This document shows positions 13,520 to 25,519 of a stretch of DNA of 64,000 nt, piece after piece; position 1 is the stretch's first letter, and each line of letters opens with the position of its first letter. The position numbers and the translations under genes are program-made. The notes beneath the pieces are model-generated. The model saw only the letters and a program-made list of their open reading frames with translations, had not been told where the DNA came from and did not search any database. Where the stretch lies: the NCBI GenBank assembly GCA_013265495.1, contig MU058213.1, positions 1,054,001-1,118,000 on the forward strand, given 5' to 3'. The DNA is from Vicugna vicugna. Lineage: Eukaryota.

Positions 13520-13642
13520 CCCTTTCTGCAACCGTTTCCTTAAAAAATCTGAACCTCCAGGCTTTTGCCCCAGATGAGGATATCTTGCTTTTAATTTTGC
13601 TTCTTCAGCTTTCTCTGGACTAGTCACTTTATCTTCCATTTC
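13520..13642 (-). CDS. ARPP19: ARPP19 coding exon 2 ([41 protein letters not shown])
   Basis: tttcag| acceptor, 123 nt, phase 0/0, GGG|gtaagt donor. Endosulfine-family sequence containing Met17, the ARPP-16 start. Confidence 0.97.
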
Positions 13643-15461
13643 CTGAAATAATTTTAAATCAATTACTTCTTTATTACAATTCAGTTATTTTTGATAATTC
13701 TACCTCTTGACTATCCGGACTCTGACTTTAGTTGTCAAACGCCAAATAACGCAGCATCTGACTAAGAAATCAAGTGCAGAGGCTTTTTAAAATGTCTCTG
13801 TCTTGTTTTTCATATGATCCATGTGATAGCTCTATTATAGCTGTGAGGCATGTTTAACACCCCACACACTGGATAAAAATATCAAGATAGCTCAGCTCTG
13901 AAGTCTTGCTTGCCATTACTTTCCAGTCATGTATAACACATTTATAGTTAGTCACCTTCTTTAGAACTCATCAGCTCTTTGCCCATATTTAGAGAACCAT
14001 TTTAATACTGTTAAAGTAAAAAAGATCTTTTTGATCTCGTTTGTTCAAAATCATGTATAGCTGGAAGCTCTGAGACTCTTTAATAGAAATGAACAGCAAC
14101 CTACCATCATATATTCCTTGAATAACTCAATGCAGAAGACCTTGTTATTTTTAAAAAAGAGAAACATCATCTTTGTCAATCTTTACATCTGTGTATTTTA
14201 TTGCCAACTTTCTCCCCGTATTTAATGACAAACACTGTTCATGCAAAGATCCCATTCTTTAATAGATCAAAAACATGTTTTCTGACAAAGGACTGTCAAC
14301 ATCTTAAGCCTATTTGCTTTTAACTTTAAGAAAACAGACTTTTTCTCTTCCCAAGAGTGATATTTTATAGGGAAGCAGTATTACCACTTCATGGCAACTA
14401 CTGCAGAAGAATGAATCAAGAACAGGGCTGCCTTGATAGGGAAGGCTGAGCAATGACAAGGCATACTCTCGACTCACTGTCAAAATGGACTCACTTCTGC
14501 ATACCAGGCTCAGCAAGATCACACACCTCTGCATATCTTGATTCTTCCAAGTTATTAATGAATAGTCAAAAAGCAGGAATGTTATCCACAAATGCCAAGC
14601 CCGTTGTTCTTGCATCAATCGAGGAACTGAAGAAACAACTTCATATAATTTTTGCATGTCTTCCTCAAAAGTACATTCATAATGTTTTATAATTAGCTTT
14701 ATTCACCTTATAGATTGTCAATATTTTTTTTTCACCTTGAACAGCTTCTTTATGTGTTGTTGTATCTTCTCATTTTTAGTCTTGGAGGATTTTGGAAAAA
14801 AAAAGGCTGCTATCAAACATACATTCTCTATGAGGCCTCTTTTATGTGTACGCTCCTTTCTGCTTCAAATGTTCTACTCTCCTCTGTTTATGCTGCAGTT
14901 TCATGCATCTACATATTTTGATTTTTATTCTTTTTACCATGTTATCATTTACTCACTTGATGTACAAAAAAATTCAACTATGTGTGCTTAATCAGAGACA
15001 GAGACTCCGTTAATAAAATAGTATCAGTGATTCTGCCAGTCATTCCATTCAAAAAGGGTAAGCCACAAGGAGCTCTGCTCAAGTGTGAGGTGTGTGATGC
15101 TAACCTGCCATTCCCATGATGGTCTCAGTCCCTTAGTGTGATCTTTCAGAGTGTAAGCATGTCAACATACTCTTTATCATTCCAGTGTTTAAAAACTTAG
15201 TCCCTACAAAACAAGTCAACTATCTCAGCTGCCAATCAACTGAAGAATCAGCCCAGCCATCTGTTCAAATGCATCTTAGACAAAAACCTGACCACCACTT
15301 GACCTACTGAGAACTGATGGGTCAGTCTCCAATGTGATCATGACTTTGCTGGGATTTTTCAAGGGTGATTTTATTATTTTTTAAAGCATTTTCTTTTTAT
15401 TCAAATATATGCAAATCAAATGGTAAAAAATATAGAAAGTTAGATTTGCATTGTATTAGCC

Positions 15462-15641
15462 TTTTAAAAAATTTGTATTTTTATTGAAGTGTACGGTCAG
15501 TTTACAATGCTGTGTCAATTTCTGGTGTACAGCACAATACTTCAGTCATGTAGGAATATACATATATTCGTTTCCATATTCTTTTTAACCATAAGTTACT
15601 ACAAGATATTGAATATAGTTCCCTGTGCTATACAGTATAAA
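15462..15641 (-). mobile_element. L1 3'UTR fragment joined to U6
   Basis: CTGTATAGCACAGGGAACTATATTCAATATC...CACCAGAAATTGACAC...AATAAA is homologous to the L1 3' ends at 16720-16860 and 58280-58440. Confidence 0.9.
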
Positions 15642-15720
15642 TGCGTGTCATCCTTGCGCAGGGGCCATGCTGATCTCTGTATCATTCCAATTTTGGTATA
15701 TGTGCTGCCGAAGCGAGCAC
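15642..15720 (-). pseudogene. RNU6: U6 snRNA retrocopy, nt 1-82 (3'-truncated), fused to L1
   Basis: GTGCTCGCTTCGGCAGCACATATACcAAAATTGGAAtGATACAGAGA---TcAGCATGGCCCCTGCGCAAGGATGACACGCA matches U6 with about 3 substitutions and a 3-nt deletion. Confidence 0.95.
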
Positions 15721-15960
15721 AAGGGTGATTTTATAAACATGATTTTTGCTTTACTAACTTTAGAGCCTAACCCCTATATAAGATGTAACTACATTGTATT
15801 CATCATGAAAACTGGAGAAATAATATAAACTTAAGGTTCATAGTTCAGCATAGGAAAGTGGGCTGAGTCACTGCAGAGACTCAGGCTCAGCGTTCACTGA
15901 GGCTTCACTTCACTAGTATAGCCCCAGGGTATTGGTACTGCTGCAATTTAGAAGTGGAAT

Positions 15961-16870
15961 CTAAAGATAGGCAGAAGACCTAAACAAGCAATTCTCCAAA
16001 GAAGACATACAATGGCCAAAAGGCACATGAAAAAAATGCTCAATACAGGGAAATGCAAACAAAAACGTCATTCAAATGTCCACAAACGACAAATGCTGGA
16101 GAGGGTGTGGAGAAAAGGGAACCCTCCTGCACTGCTGCTGGGGATGTAGTTTGGTGCAGCTATTGTGGAAAACAGTCTGGAGATTCCTCAAAAAACTAAA
16201 AATACAGTTACCATATGATCCAGCAATCCCACTCCTCACTATATATCCAGAGGGAACTCTAACACGAAAAGATACACACACCTCAATGTTCACAGCAGCA
16301 CTATACACAGCAGCCAAGACATACAAGCAACCTAAACGTCCATTGACAGATGACTGGATAAAGAAGTTGTGGTATATTTATACAATGGAATACTACTCAG
16401 CAATTAAAAAAAGAATGAAATAATGCCATTTGCAGCAACATGAATGGACCTGAAGATCATCATTCTAAGTGAAGCAAGCCAGAAAGAGAATGAAAAATAC
16501 CGTATGATATGACTTATATGTAGAATCTTAAAAAAAAAAAAAGGTGGGGGGAAGAGGACATTAATGAATTCATCTACAAAACAGAAACAAACTCCCAGAC
16601 ATAGTAAACAATCTTATGGTTACCAGGGAGGAGGGGATGGGAAGGGATAAATTTGGGAGTTTGAGATTTGCAAATGTTAACCATTATATATAAAAATAGA
16701 TAAACAAAAAACTTCTTCTGTATAGCACAGGGAACTATATTCAGTATTTTGTAGTAATCTTTACTGAAAAAGAATATGAAAACAAATATATGTACATATA
16801 TGCTGACTAGGACATAATGCTGTACACCAGAAATTGACATATTTGTAACTGACTACAATTAAAAAAAAAA
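15961..16870 (+). mobile_element. 5'-truncated L1 (ORF2 C-terminus, 3'UTR and poly(A))
   Basis: The ORF at 16076-16423 has the CX3CX7HX4C knuckle. TSD AGAAGTGGAAT at 15950-15960 and 16871-16881. Confidence 0.93.
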
Positions 16871-17669
16871 AGAAGTGGAATTGGTAGGGATCTACTCTTG
16901 GGTTCCCCCTGTAAAGTTGTTTTTTAAATTGGTTGACATTAAATTTAAACACTGGCTGAAAAGACTCCAACTTTTCAGTCCCAGCACCTTCAAATTAAAG
17001 GTGTTAACAGAGTCCTACATTTCATTGTTTGATTTGAATGATCAGTTCTCTATATCTGAGAACAACTCCCTAAAATTTCTAGTATGGGGTAGCAACTTTT
17101 TCTAGATTCCAGTGTTTCTTCAGGTTCTCCCCATTTTATATATGAGGAAAAACTTTGTATACAATATGCCATCTTATCTGGCATTCCCTTATTTTAATAA
17201 GGAATATATTTATATATAGTCATATATAATGAATTGAATGAAGTGATTCAGTTAACTTGAAAGTTTACTATTACAAGAACAATTTAGGCAAAACAGCACC
17301 TACAGCTGAAAAAGTATCATTTAGACTTATAATAAATTTGCAATGTGTCCTAGAAAAACAAACCAATTCTTGAACTTTGTCAAATGCAAAGCAAAATGGC
17401 AAGTCCCTGTTACTTGCAATTTTGTAGCTAGATTCAGAATTTCAGCTGTATTTAATACCTAAAAGGGAAAAAAATATGACCAAAGCTACATTTTTAAAAT
17501 GTAGTCAATACCATCAAGACATCTACAATACTCTTAATGGATCATACAGAAACATTCTTAAACCTTTTGCAGATATAGACAGTTCTAGGACTTTACTGAG
17601 AAGCAAGTTCAAATGCTTGGATGTTCACCAACGTTCTGACACAGGTACAGATTTTCTTGTGAAGTATTA

Positions 17670-18165
17670 ATAACACATCAGGCGGTGGACTGCGTCCGTG
17701 AGCATTCAGGCCACACTTAACCCTTCTCTAAACACTCCTCTGAATCACTACAGTTAGAAGCCTGAAAGTACATTTTCCAGACTGCATTCCTGTAAGGTTC
17801 TGCCAATGGCATCTATACCAGATTAAAAGCTATGGGACAAAGAATCCATTCTGTTCCTGGTGATGCCACCAACAAAGTACAGGCAGCAGTAGCTCCTGTG
17901 AGTTCCTGCCAGAGGGCATCGAGCACAATATAGTAGCCACTGTAGCACCTACATGAGATGGGGGTGGAGGACGCTGGACTAGGAAGAGTGCTCACTCTTA
18001 CTGGGTCAAAGGCTTTTTGTAATCCCACACCTCTAGAAACATCTTCTCCCTTTTGCTACTCTATCCTCTTCAACAATTTGTAACCTAATCCCCTAAATCA
18101 TATCCCTTTCTGTTTGAAATAACCAAAGTGGTTTCTATTCTCCAGAACAGGACACTAACTGATAC
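17670..18165 (+). mobile_element. Degenerate ERVL-type solo LTR (LTR33/LTR16-like)
   Basis: TTTGTAACCTAATCCCC...ATCCCTTTCTGTTTGAAATAACC...GTGGTTTCT...CTAACTGATACA terminus. Confidence 0.55.
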
Positions 18166-18439
18166 AATCAGGTATAAGAAGCAATTTATCCCTATAGCCA
18201 TGTTAAAAAATGCAAAGAAGGACACAAAATTTGGTGTAACTGCATGTTTCTGGACATCCTTCAAAGGAATTTCTAAACATTTATTCTAGTTAGAATGGAA
18301 ATACATCCCTCAAAAGGTCTGAGATAAAGAAGGAAATAGCAAACAAAGAAACTGATATACATGCATGTATACTGACAAGTCACTTTTCTAACTTTTCCCC
18401 AGCTTTACTGAGATATAATTGGTACATTCACTTTCTTTA

Positions 18440-18588
18440 TTATTGTATTATTTTTTAATTCTTTTTTGTTTTGGGGGGAAGAGGTAATTACGTTTTTTTT
18501 TTTTTAAGAGGAGGTACTGGAGATTGAACCCATGACCTCGCCTGTGCTAAGCATGTGCTCTACCACTTAAGCCATGCCCTCTGCCCCC
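18440..18588 (-). mobile_element. tRNA-Ala-derived camelid SINE (Vic-1 type)
   Basis: Reverse complement of the GGGG...GTGGTAGAGCACATGCTTAGCA...GGGTTCAATC..CAGTACCTCC head plus an A-rich tail. Confidence 0.88.
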
Positions 18589-19156
18589 TCACTTTTCTAA
18601 TTTTAATGTTTTAATATGTGAGGTTAAAAAAAAAAGAACAAAAATATGTAACAGTATTTTTAGAGTTTAAATGCTCTATATTCCTGTATCATTTAGAAAA
18701 GGATTTATGATATTAATCATACATTTTGTTTAGTTAAGGATGCATGGTAAAATTTCAAGAGGAATCAATGTAATAATAGAAATAAAGTACACAGCTTCCA
18801 AAACTAATAATAGTATTGGGGTAAAAGGGAAGAAGAAAATTGAATCAATCAATTGAAAAGAAGAAGAGTTGGGGTGGGGGGCGGAAGAAGAGCAAGAAAT
18901 GAGAGGGAAAAAAAAAACAGACCAAAAGCTTTCTCAGGGATACAGAGGATCTAATGTTCATGCCTCTTTAAAAAAAAAAAAAAGTCTCAAAATATATAAA
19001 GCAAAAATGGACAGAATTACAAGGAATAACTGATAAATCTATCAGCAAAGGAGATTTCAACACATCTTCCTCATACTGGTAAATGAAAAAGACAAAGCAG
19101 TCAAAGCACGTGACTTTAATTCTGCACCCAACAATTAGAAAATACATACTCTTCTC

Positions 19157-19296
19157 GGGGGAGGGTGTTGCTCAGCATGTGTGCGCTTAGCATGCAAGAG
19201 GTCCTGGGTTCAATCCCCAGTACCTCCAATCAATCAATCAATAAACTTAATTACCTCCCCCTCCAAAAGACAGACAAAAAAAGATTAAAAAAAAGA
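19157..19296 (+). mobile_element. Vic-1-type SINE
   Basis: tRNA-like head with a B box. TSD AGAAAATACATA(C/T)TCTTCTC at 19137-19156 and 19297-19316. Confidence 0.9.
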
Positions 19297-19809
19297 AGAA
19301 AATACATATTCTTCTCAAGTACAAATGGAAAAACTGACTAAGTACTAGGCCACAAAGCAAGTCTTAACCATTTTCATCCAGACCACAATCTACGACTGCA
19401 ATTCATAAGATTAAAAGTCAATTATTTAAAAATGTATATATCCCTGCCATGTGGAAATTAAAGTACAATACTAAATAATTCATGGTTAAAAAAGGAATCA
19501 CGGGAATAAAAAAATACTTGGAACTCACTGATATTAAAAATTCTATGCATACCAAACTTGTGGAATACAAGTGTCCTTTAAGGGCTTATATTACAGAGGA
19601 AAACTAAAACTCACTGACCTATGCACCCAACTTTAGAAGTTAAGACAAAGAACAGAACCCAAAGAAAATAGGAGAAAATAAAAGGCAGATATTAATGAAT
19701 AGAAAACAAAGATACAATAGAAAGGATCAACAAAAGGGAGAAATGACAAGCTTTACCAAGAAGAATGTATTTTTAAAAAATCAATCTGGTTTCAAAACTT
19801 TACTCTCCA

Positions 19810-20876
19810 AAGGTGTAGAGAAAAGGGAACATTCCTACACTGTTGATGGGAATGTAAACTGGTGTAGCCACTATGGAAAACAGTATAGAGATTCCTTAAA
19901 AAACTAAAAATAGAGTTGCTGTATGATCCAGGAATCCCACTCCCAGGCATATATCCAGAGGAGACTCTAATTCTAAAAGATACGTACACCTCAATGTTCA
20001 CAGCAGCACTGTTTACATTGGCAAAGACATGGAAGCAACCTAAATGTCCATCAACAGATGACTGGATAAAGAAGTTGTAGTATAAAGACAGAAATAGACT
20101 CACAGACAGAGAATACAGAGTTGTGGTTGCCAGGGGGTGGAGGGTGGAAAGGGATAGACTGGAATTTCAAAATTGTAGAATAGATAAACAAGATTACACT
20201 GTATAGCACATGGAAATATACACAAAATGTTATGATAACTCACAGAGAAAAAAATGTGACAATGAGTGTGTATATGTCCATGAATGACTGAAAAATTGTG
20301 CTGAACACTGGAATTTGACACATTGTAAAATGATTATAAATCAATAAAAAAATGTTAAAAAAAAGAATAAAGATCACCTATAGTTTCATCACACACACAC
20401 AAAAAAGGAAGTTGTGGTATACATACACAATGGAATACTACTCGGCCATAAAAAAGAATGAAAGAAAAAAGAATGAAATGCCATTTGCAGCAAAATGGAT
20501 AGACCTAGAGACTATCATAGTACGTGAAGTAAGTCAAATAGAAAAATAAATATATGATATCACTTACATGTGGAATCTAAAATAGGACACAAATGAACTT
20601 ACACACAAGTGAACTTATTTACCAAACAGAAACAGACTCAAGACACAAAACAAACTTATTGTTACCAAAGGGAAAAGGGGGTCAGGAAGAGATAAATCAT
20701 GAGTCTGGGATTGGCAGATACAAATTACTATATACAAAATAGAGAAATAACAAGATATACCATACATATATATATGTATGTACACATACACATATATATT
20801 GAATCACTTTGCTATACACCAGAAACTAAAACATCATAAATCAACTATACTTCAATAAAATTAAAAAAAAATTAAG
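19810..20876 (+). mobile_element. 5'-truncated L1 interrupted by a younger L1 fragment
   Basis: ORF2 3' end plus 3'UTR. TSD TTACTCTCCA at 19800-19809 and 20877-20886. Confidence 0.88.
20085..20407 (+). mobile_element. Young L1 3'UTR nested in the older L1
   Basis: Nearly identical to 58170-58440. TSD GAAGTTGT(A/G)GTATA at 20071-20084 and 20408-20421. Confidence 0.9.
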
Positions 20877-21933
20877 TTACTCTCCATGAAACCTTTGTGT
20901 TATATAGCAATTTTATTACTTCTTAGAAACAGAGCTGGAATATGAGTGAATTCACCTAGCTAAGTGGTTTCTGCTGATAATACCTTTGGGAGGAGGAGGG
21001 AAGAAGCATTATTCGAATTCTGAAACTTTCACTCTAGGCTACAAACTAGGAAAGCAGAAACCCAGAATATCACAACAGAGGTATATGCTTAGGATGTACC
21101 CAAAACCACAAAAAACAAAAACTTAAAAACACTATTTTAAATGATAGTTATTCTCTCGACAAGTAACCTATACCCCAAAATAATCTTTGCTGCATATTCT
21201 ACAACTAGCATAGGGCCTAACATTTATTAATATTAGGCACTTGCATTTTTGTGAACTATTCTATTGAAATACATTAGCTATCCTTTCTGTAAGTGAGTGG
21301 GGGTATAAGGTATAAATATATATATATATAATCTATATATAAATAAAGGATATCCAAATAATTAGGGATTATTTTATAGTCTGCCATGGACTTGATAGTA
21401 AGTCTGAATGATTTATACCACTTTCCAGCCTTCAGCAGGGAAGTTACACAGCAACATTAGGAATAAGAATCTGACCACTCTAAGCAAATTCTCCTCTATC
21501 TGCTCAGCAATATGTTCAATGATGCACTAACTGATAAACAAATAGGAAAGATTAATGAAAGCCAATAAATCCTTTGAGATACTGTCAGGAAGGTTCCAAT
21601 ACTGCTACTAACCTTTATATTCTTTAGTCCTAATAGTCTGTGCTGCTTACCCAGCGCCTGGCGTTTAATGGGTGCGCAATAAAAGTCTACGAATGAATGA
21701 ATACAACGCACTCCAATTGTTTTTCAAAAATTAAGAAACTTTCTAAACACCAGTTTCCCCATCAGCTTACCTTTGAAATATTTCATGTTATAGTTGATAT
21801 TTACAAGTTCAGGAATAGAATTTGTTAAGTATTAAAGCTTTGCACAAACAACAGAGACAAGCCTAAAACACTGTTGTACAGCAAACTGCTGAGATGCCAA
21901 GGAGAGACATTTTTAAACTTTTCTGAGGATTAC

Positions 21934-22020
21934 CTCAAGACTGCTAAGAATCAATGGTTCACACAAACCAGACTAGCAGGTTGTGCTCCAAACTGAAAAT
22001 ACCCTGAGCCTTTTAGTTAC
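21934..22020 (-). other. ARPP19: Candidate alternative 5' exon for the ARPP-16 isoform
   Basis: Non-repetitive segment in intron 1 ending TTGAG|gtaat. An in-frame TAG precedes Met17 if it is spliced to exon 2. The 5' boundary is unknown. Confidence 0.4.
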
Positions 22021-23989
22021 CAAAGGCACTGTCAAGACAGTCCCAGAAAATGCCAATATTAATTGTAATTTTTTAAACTGGGAAAATGGAAAAGCTTTTT
22101 ATATTCATTCTTTACTGATGACATAATAAATTATAGTTCTCTTCCTCCTCCACCACTCACAAAAGCACCAAGCATATCTTTTAAACTGAAGAAAATATTT
22201 AAATTGAGCTCTACTTAAGTCTTTCCCAGGAAATCTTATTTGATGAATCTCAGTCAAATCTCTAGAAAACCTGTCTTCTAGAGAACCTGCTATTAAGATC
22301 TTCTTGAAAAAAATTAAAAACCACAGTATATATATGAAAATATATATACATATAACATCCTTCTACTTTCATTCAGATTTCTTAAATGGGTCTAAGCCAA
22401 GGTTTTTATATTTCCATGGTCTCTCTCTCTCTTTTTAACTGCAGTACCAGCATTGCCATTTGTATTGGAATAGTGGTTTTAATGAATTTTTCCCTGAACT
22501 TTTCAGTTATCTAACATGTTCTGAACAATGCCAGGTACTATGCTAGGTGCCATGGGAGAAGAGGTAAATAAAGGAGGGTCCCAAGCTTAAAATGCTCACG
22601 ATGAAAGCAGAATTACGTGTTTTAAGTCTCCATATGACTCTCCCCACCCCCAGGATAAGAGTGCATGCCAGTCTTAGGTTAGTGTTATTCAAAATGAAAG
22701 TCCCTGCTAAAATAATGTTTTGTTGTCATTTCAGTGATAATCTAAAAGAAAAATATAAGCATATTCTAGGGCATCTGAATTGCCACTTTTATGTCTAAGC
22801 AGTGCTACGGTATTTCTGTGTCTGAGCTTTCATTCATGGTGACTAAGACTCAGCAGTACTACCCCATTTGTCCAGGGAACAATGAGAAAAGAACAAAGCT
22901 GAATTTAGAAATCTAAATGATGTACCTATGACTTTAGAGTTAAATGACCATACAGCTTACTCTCAAAAGGGAGAACTGAGTGAGTCATCATTTGAACTAG
23001 GGGAGTGTTAACTTGCCATACTCAAAACGCTCCTGCACTTTAACAATTGCTACCATCTTCTCAATATATTGGAGATTTAGTTTCAGCAAAATACCATGCC
23101 ACAGTGAATTAATAATTTGGACTGTTTTTGTTTGTTTTAGTTTTAGAGTGGTATAAAAGATAGTTTATAGTTATTTTTACATTTGTAGTATTTAATTATT
23201 ACAGCAATAAAAATTGTGTCTTACAGTTTTCTTAACAAGGGTACACACAGTACTCAAGTAGATGTACAGTGATTTAGCTCTTATTCCCATGTTGAGCTCA
23301 CCTCCTTTCCTTAATTCTTCAGGGACAACAGGCTATGTATCATAAAACTATAAAAAGTTATTTTGGCTGAATACTTTGGCTTTAATTGAAAGGTCACCTC
23401 AGTACACAGACTATAATCTAATTTTTTAGGTCACCTAACTATTCTTCCAAACAGAAGAAACAGGTGATTTGGCCCACAGGAACACAGAAGTGACTCTGCA
23501 CATTTTCCTCATGTTTAGGGATGGTATCCATGCTACGCGCACTTAACATCTACAGCCAACCCTTAATTCAACAAGGGACATTATATTACTAACACACTTT
23601 GGTATTAATGACAGCAGCCCTAAAACCAAAGAATTAAATTTTTAATGTAGACAGAAAGAGAAAACATTCAAGGCAGCCTTAATCTTGTTAAGAGACAAAA
23701 TATTAGGCTGTCCCAAGTGAAAGCATTTGCACTGCAGAAATCAACACTCTACCTTTGGCAACATACTAACAAATCTCATAAAAGAGAATTACATAGCACC
23801 TGTTATTGTACATCAGGTTGATTTTAGTGTTTAGGACAAGACAGCACAAACATGAGTTTGTTGGGTTTTTTTCTGGGTTCCTAAATCCCAAGCAATAATG
23901 AACATCATGATAAATATTTTACAATAAATACATAACATTTAATATTACAGTTAGGATTACAATCCTTTAATTACATATCTGTATATATG

Positions 23990-23992
<3 letters not shown>

Positions 23993-24029
<37 letters not shown>
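23993..24029. repeat. (AC)18 microsatellite
   Basis: Perfect dinucleotide run read directly. Confidence 0.95.
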
Positions 24030-24030
<1 letters not shown>

Positions 24031-24769
24031 TTGCCCCCAAAGTTCACTTTTTAGCAAAGAGTGAATATCCAACATAGTTATCACTGGAATATTCTCGAAT
24101 AATGTAGTGGCTTGCATTAATCTGTGCTGCTTGCCCAGTACTTGGCATTTAATGGGTGTTTATGATATTGCTTTTTTCTCCAGTTACTTTACAAATAGTA
24201 TCATAACAGAACCATCCAATTCAGGAAAAGTTAACATGGCAAAGAACTTATAGAATGGCTATAGAACACTAATCAAATTTCCAGCCTGATTAGAAGCATG
24301 GGTGTAATTTGAAGCAGAAGCTGTTACAAAATCCAAGTATTAGACCAAATCCTATTTATGATAATGCCCTCTGTCTTTTTAAGAAAAGGTATTGGCAACT
24401 CACCATAAACAATTAAAGAAACAAGATATCATGGACCTTTGTAGGCCAGCCACAAGTACCCAGGAGGGCAGGGCAGCAGAAATAATTACGGTGGCAGAGG
24501 GAGCACTAGCCTAGAAAAATAAAAAGCCCTTGTATTTTACATTTATATTTATAATTTGAATCCTACTGATCCGTGGCATATTTCTGTACACCAGCAAGAT
24601 ATTACAAATGAGTTTACAAAATGTTCCTATTACCACGAAAGACGTAATCAACTAAGTTGTTAAAAAAAATTTAAATTCCGACCTTTCAACTTTTAGTCAA
24701 GTACCATATGCAAATTCCACTGGCTCACATTTCTGAACAACACGCTGCGCCAACGCCCTGAGCTAGCAC

Positions 24770-24915
24770 CTCGTTTAAGCCTTCCAACCACCATATCAAG
24801 CAAGGGCTATTATTCTTATTTTACAGATGTGGAGGTTGAAGCCTGAGGAGTTTAGCAACTGACCAAGGTTACACGGCCAACAGTAACTGGACCTGAAATT
24901 CCAACCCAGGTCTAA
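24770..24915 (-). mobile_element. MIR
   Basis: ATTTTACAGATGTGGAGGTTGAAGCC...CCAAGGTTACACGGCC core. Confidence 0.65.
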
Positions 24916-25341
24916 CTTAACGCCCAAACACAAGACACCTCCCTTGGAGTTAAGAGCACGCAGACAATACAAGTAGTTGGCGATTCATTCTCCGGGGGGA
25001 AAATAAAGCTTCCTGAGCCAAGTGAGGCCCACGGGAACACTTAGGTCCCACGCCTAAGGACCGAGTCTCGGGCTCTTGAGTACAAGCAAGTGATTAAGGA
25101 AAAATCCGACATGTCGAGGCCTTAGAAAAGGCACGTTTCGGCCAAGACGTGGAGAACGCTTGGACCCCGCACCACGCCAGCTACTATCAGAGCTCTTGTG
25201 GGCGACGGATTCCGAAGTGTCTGGCCTCCCAGACTCCGCACCGGCGCCGGGCTGACTCGGGACGCGCCCCTCCGTTTGCGAGCGGAGCAGGCCGTCACCG
25301 GGCCCTCCCGGCTCCCGGGCCCGCTCTCCGCACACACTCAC

Positions 25342-25386
25342 CTTCTGCTCCTCCGCGGAGGCTCCTTCGGGGACTTCCGAAGACAT
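25342..25386 (-). CDS. ARPP19: ARPP19 coding exon 1 (MSSEVPEGASAEEQK)
   Basis: ATG at 25386-25384 with A at -3, 15 codons, then AAG|gtgagt donor. Matches the ARPP-19 N-terminus and lies inside the CpG island. Confidence 0.96.
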
Positions 25387-25507
25387 ACTGCTCCCTCTGC
25401 GGATGAGACGCCGGGAAGAGATGCGATTACCGGGTGGCCGAGGCCGCCCGGCCGCCGCGCCGCCCGCCCTGCTCCCCTAGCGCCCGCCGGGGCCGCCTCC
25501 GCCCGCG

Positions 25508-25519
25508 AAAATGGCCGCC
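25508..25519 (-). promoter_or_regulatory. YY1 site (GGCGGCCATTTT)
   Basis: Consensus GCCATTTT core in the CpG island about 120 bp upstream of the ATG. Confidence 0.6.

Larger units (their letters stand above)
18170..19800 (+). mobile_element. Ancient degenerate L1 (inter-ORF / ORF2 endonuclease region remnants)
   Basis: A-rich, with motifs such as AAATATATAAAGCAAAAATGGACAGAATTACAAGGA...GGAGATTTCAACAC and GGCCACAAAGCAAGTCTTAAC. Boundaries are approximate. Confidence 0.7.

Noticed and set aside
13850..15350. Stretch in ARPP19 intron 1 with several short ORFs and a coding-like texture on the minus strand
   Set aside because: I could not recognise any protein or repeat family and the frames are broken. 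It could be an old pseudogene or transposon relic, but that is unsupported without tBLASTx or Dfam searches.
15642..15720. Functional U6 snRNA gene
   Set aside because: It lacks the 3' ~25 nt, has a deletion beside the ACAGAGA box, shows no recognisable upstream promoter, and is bounded by a TSD.
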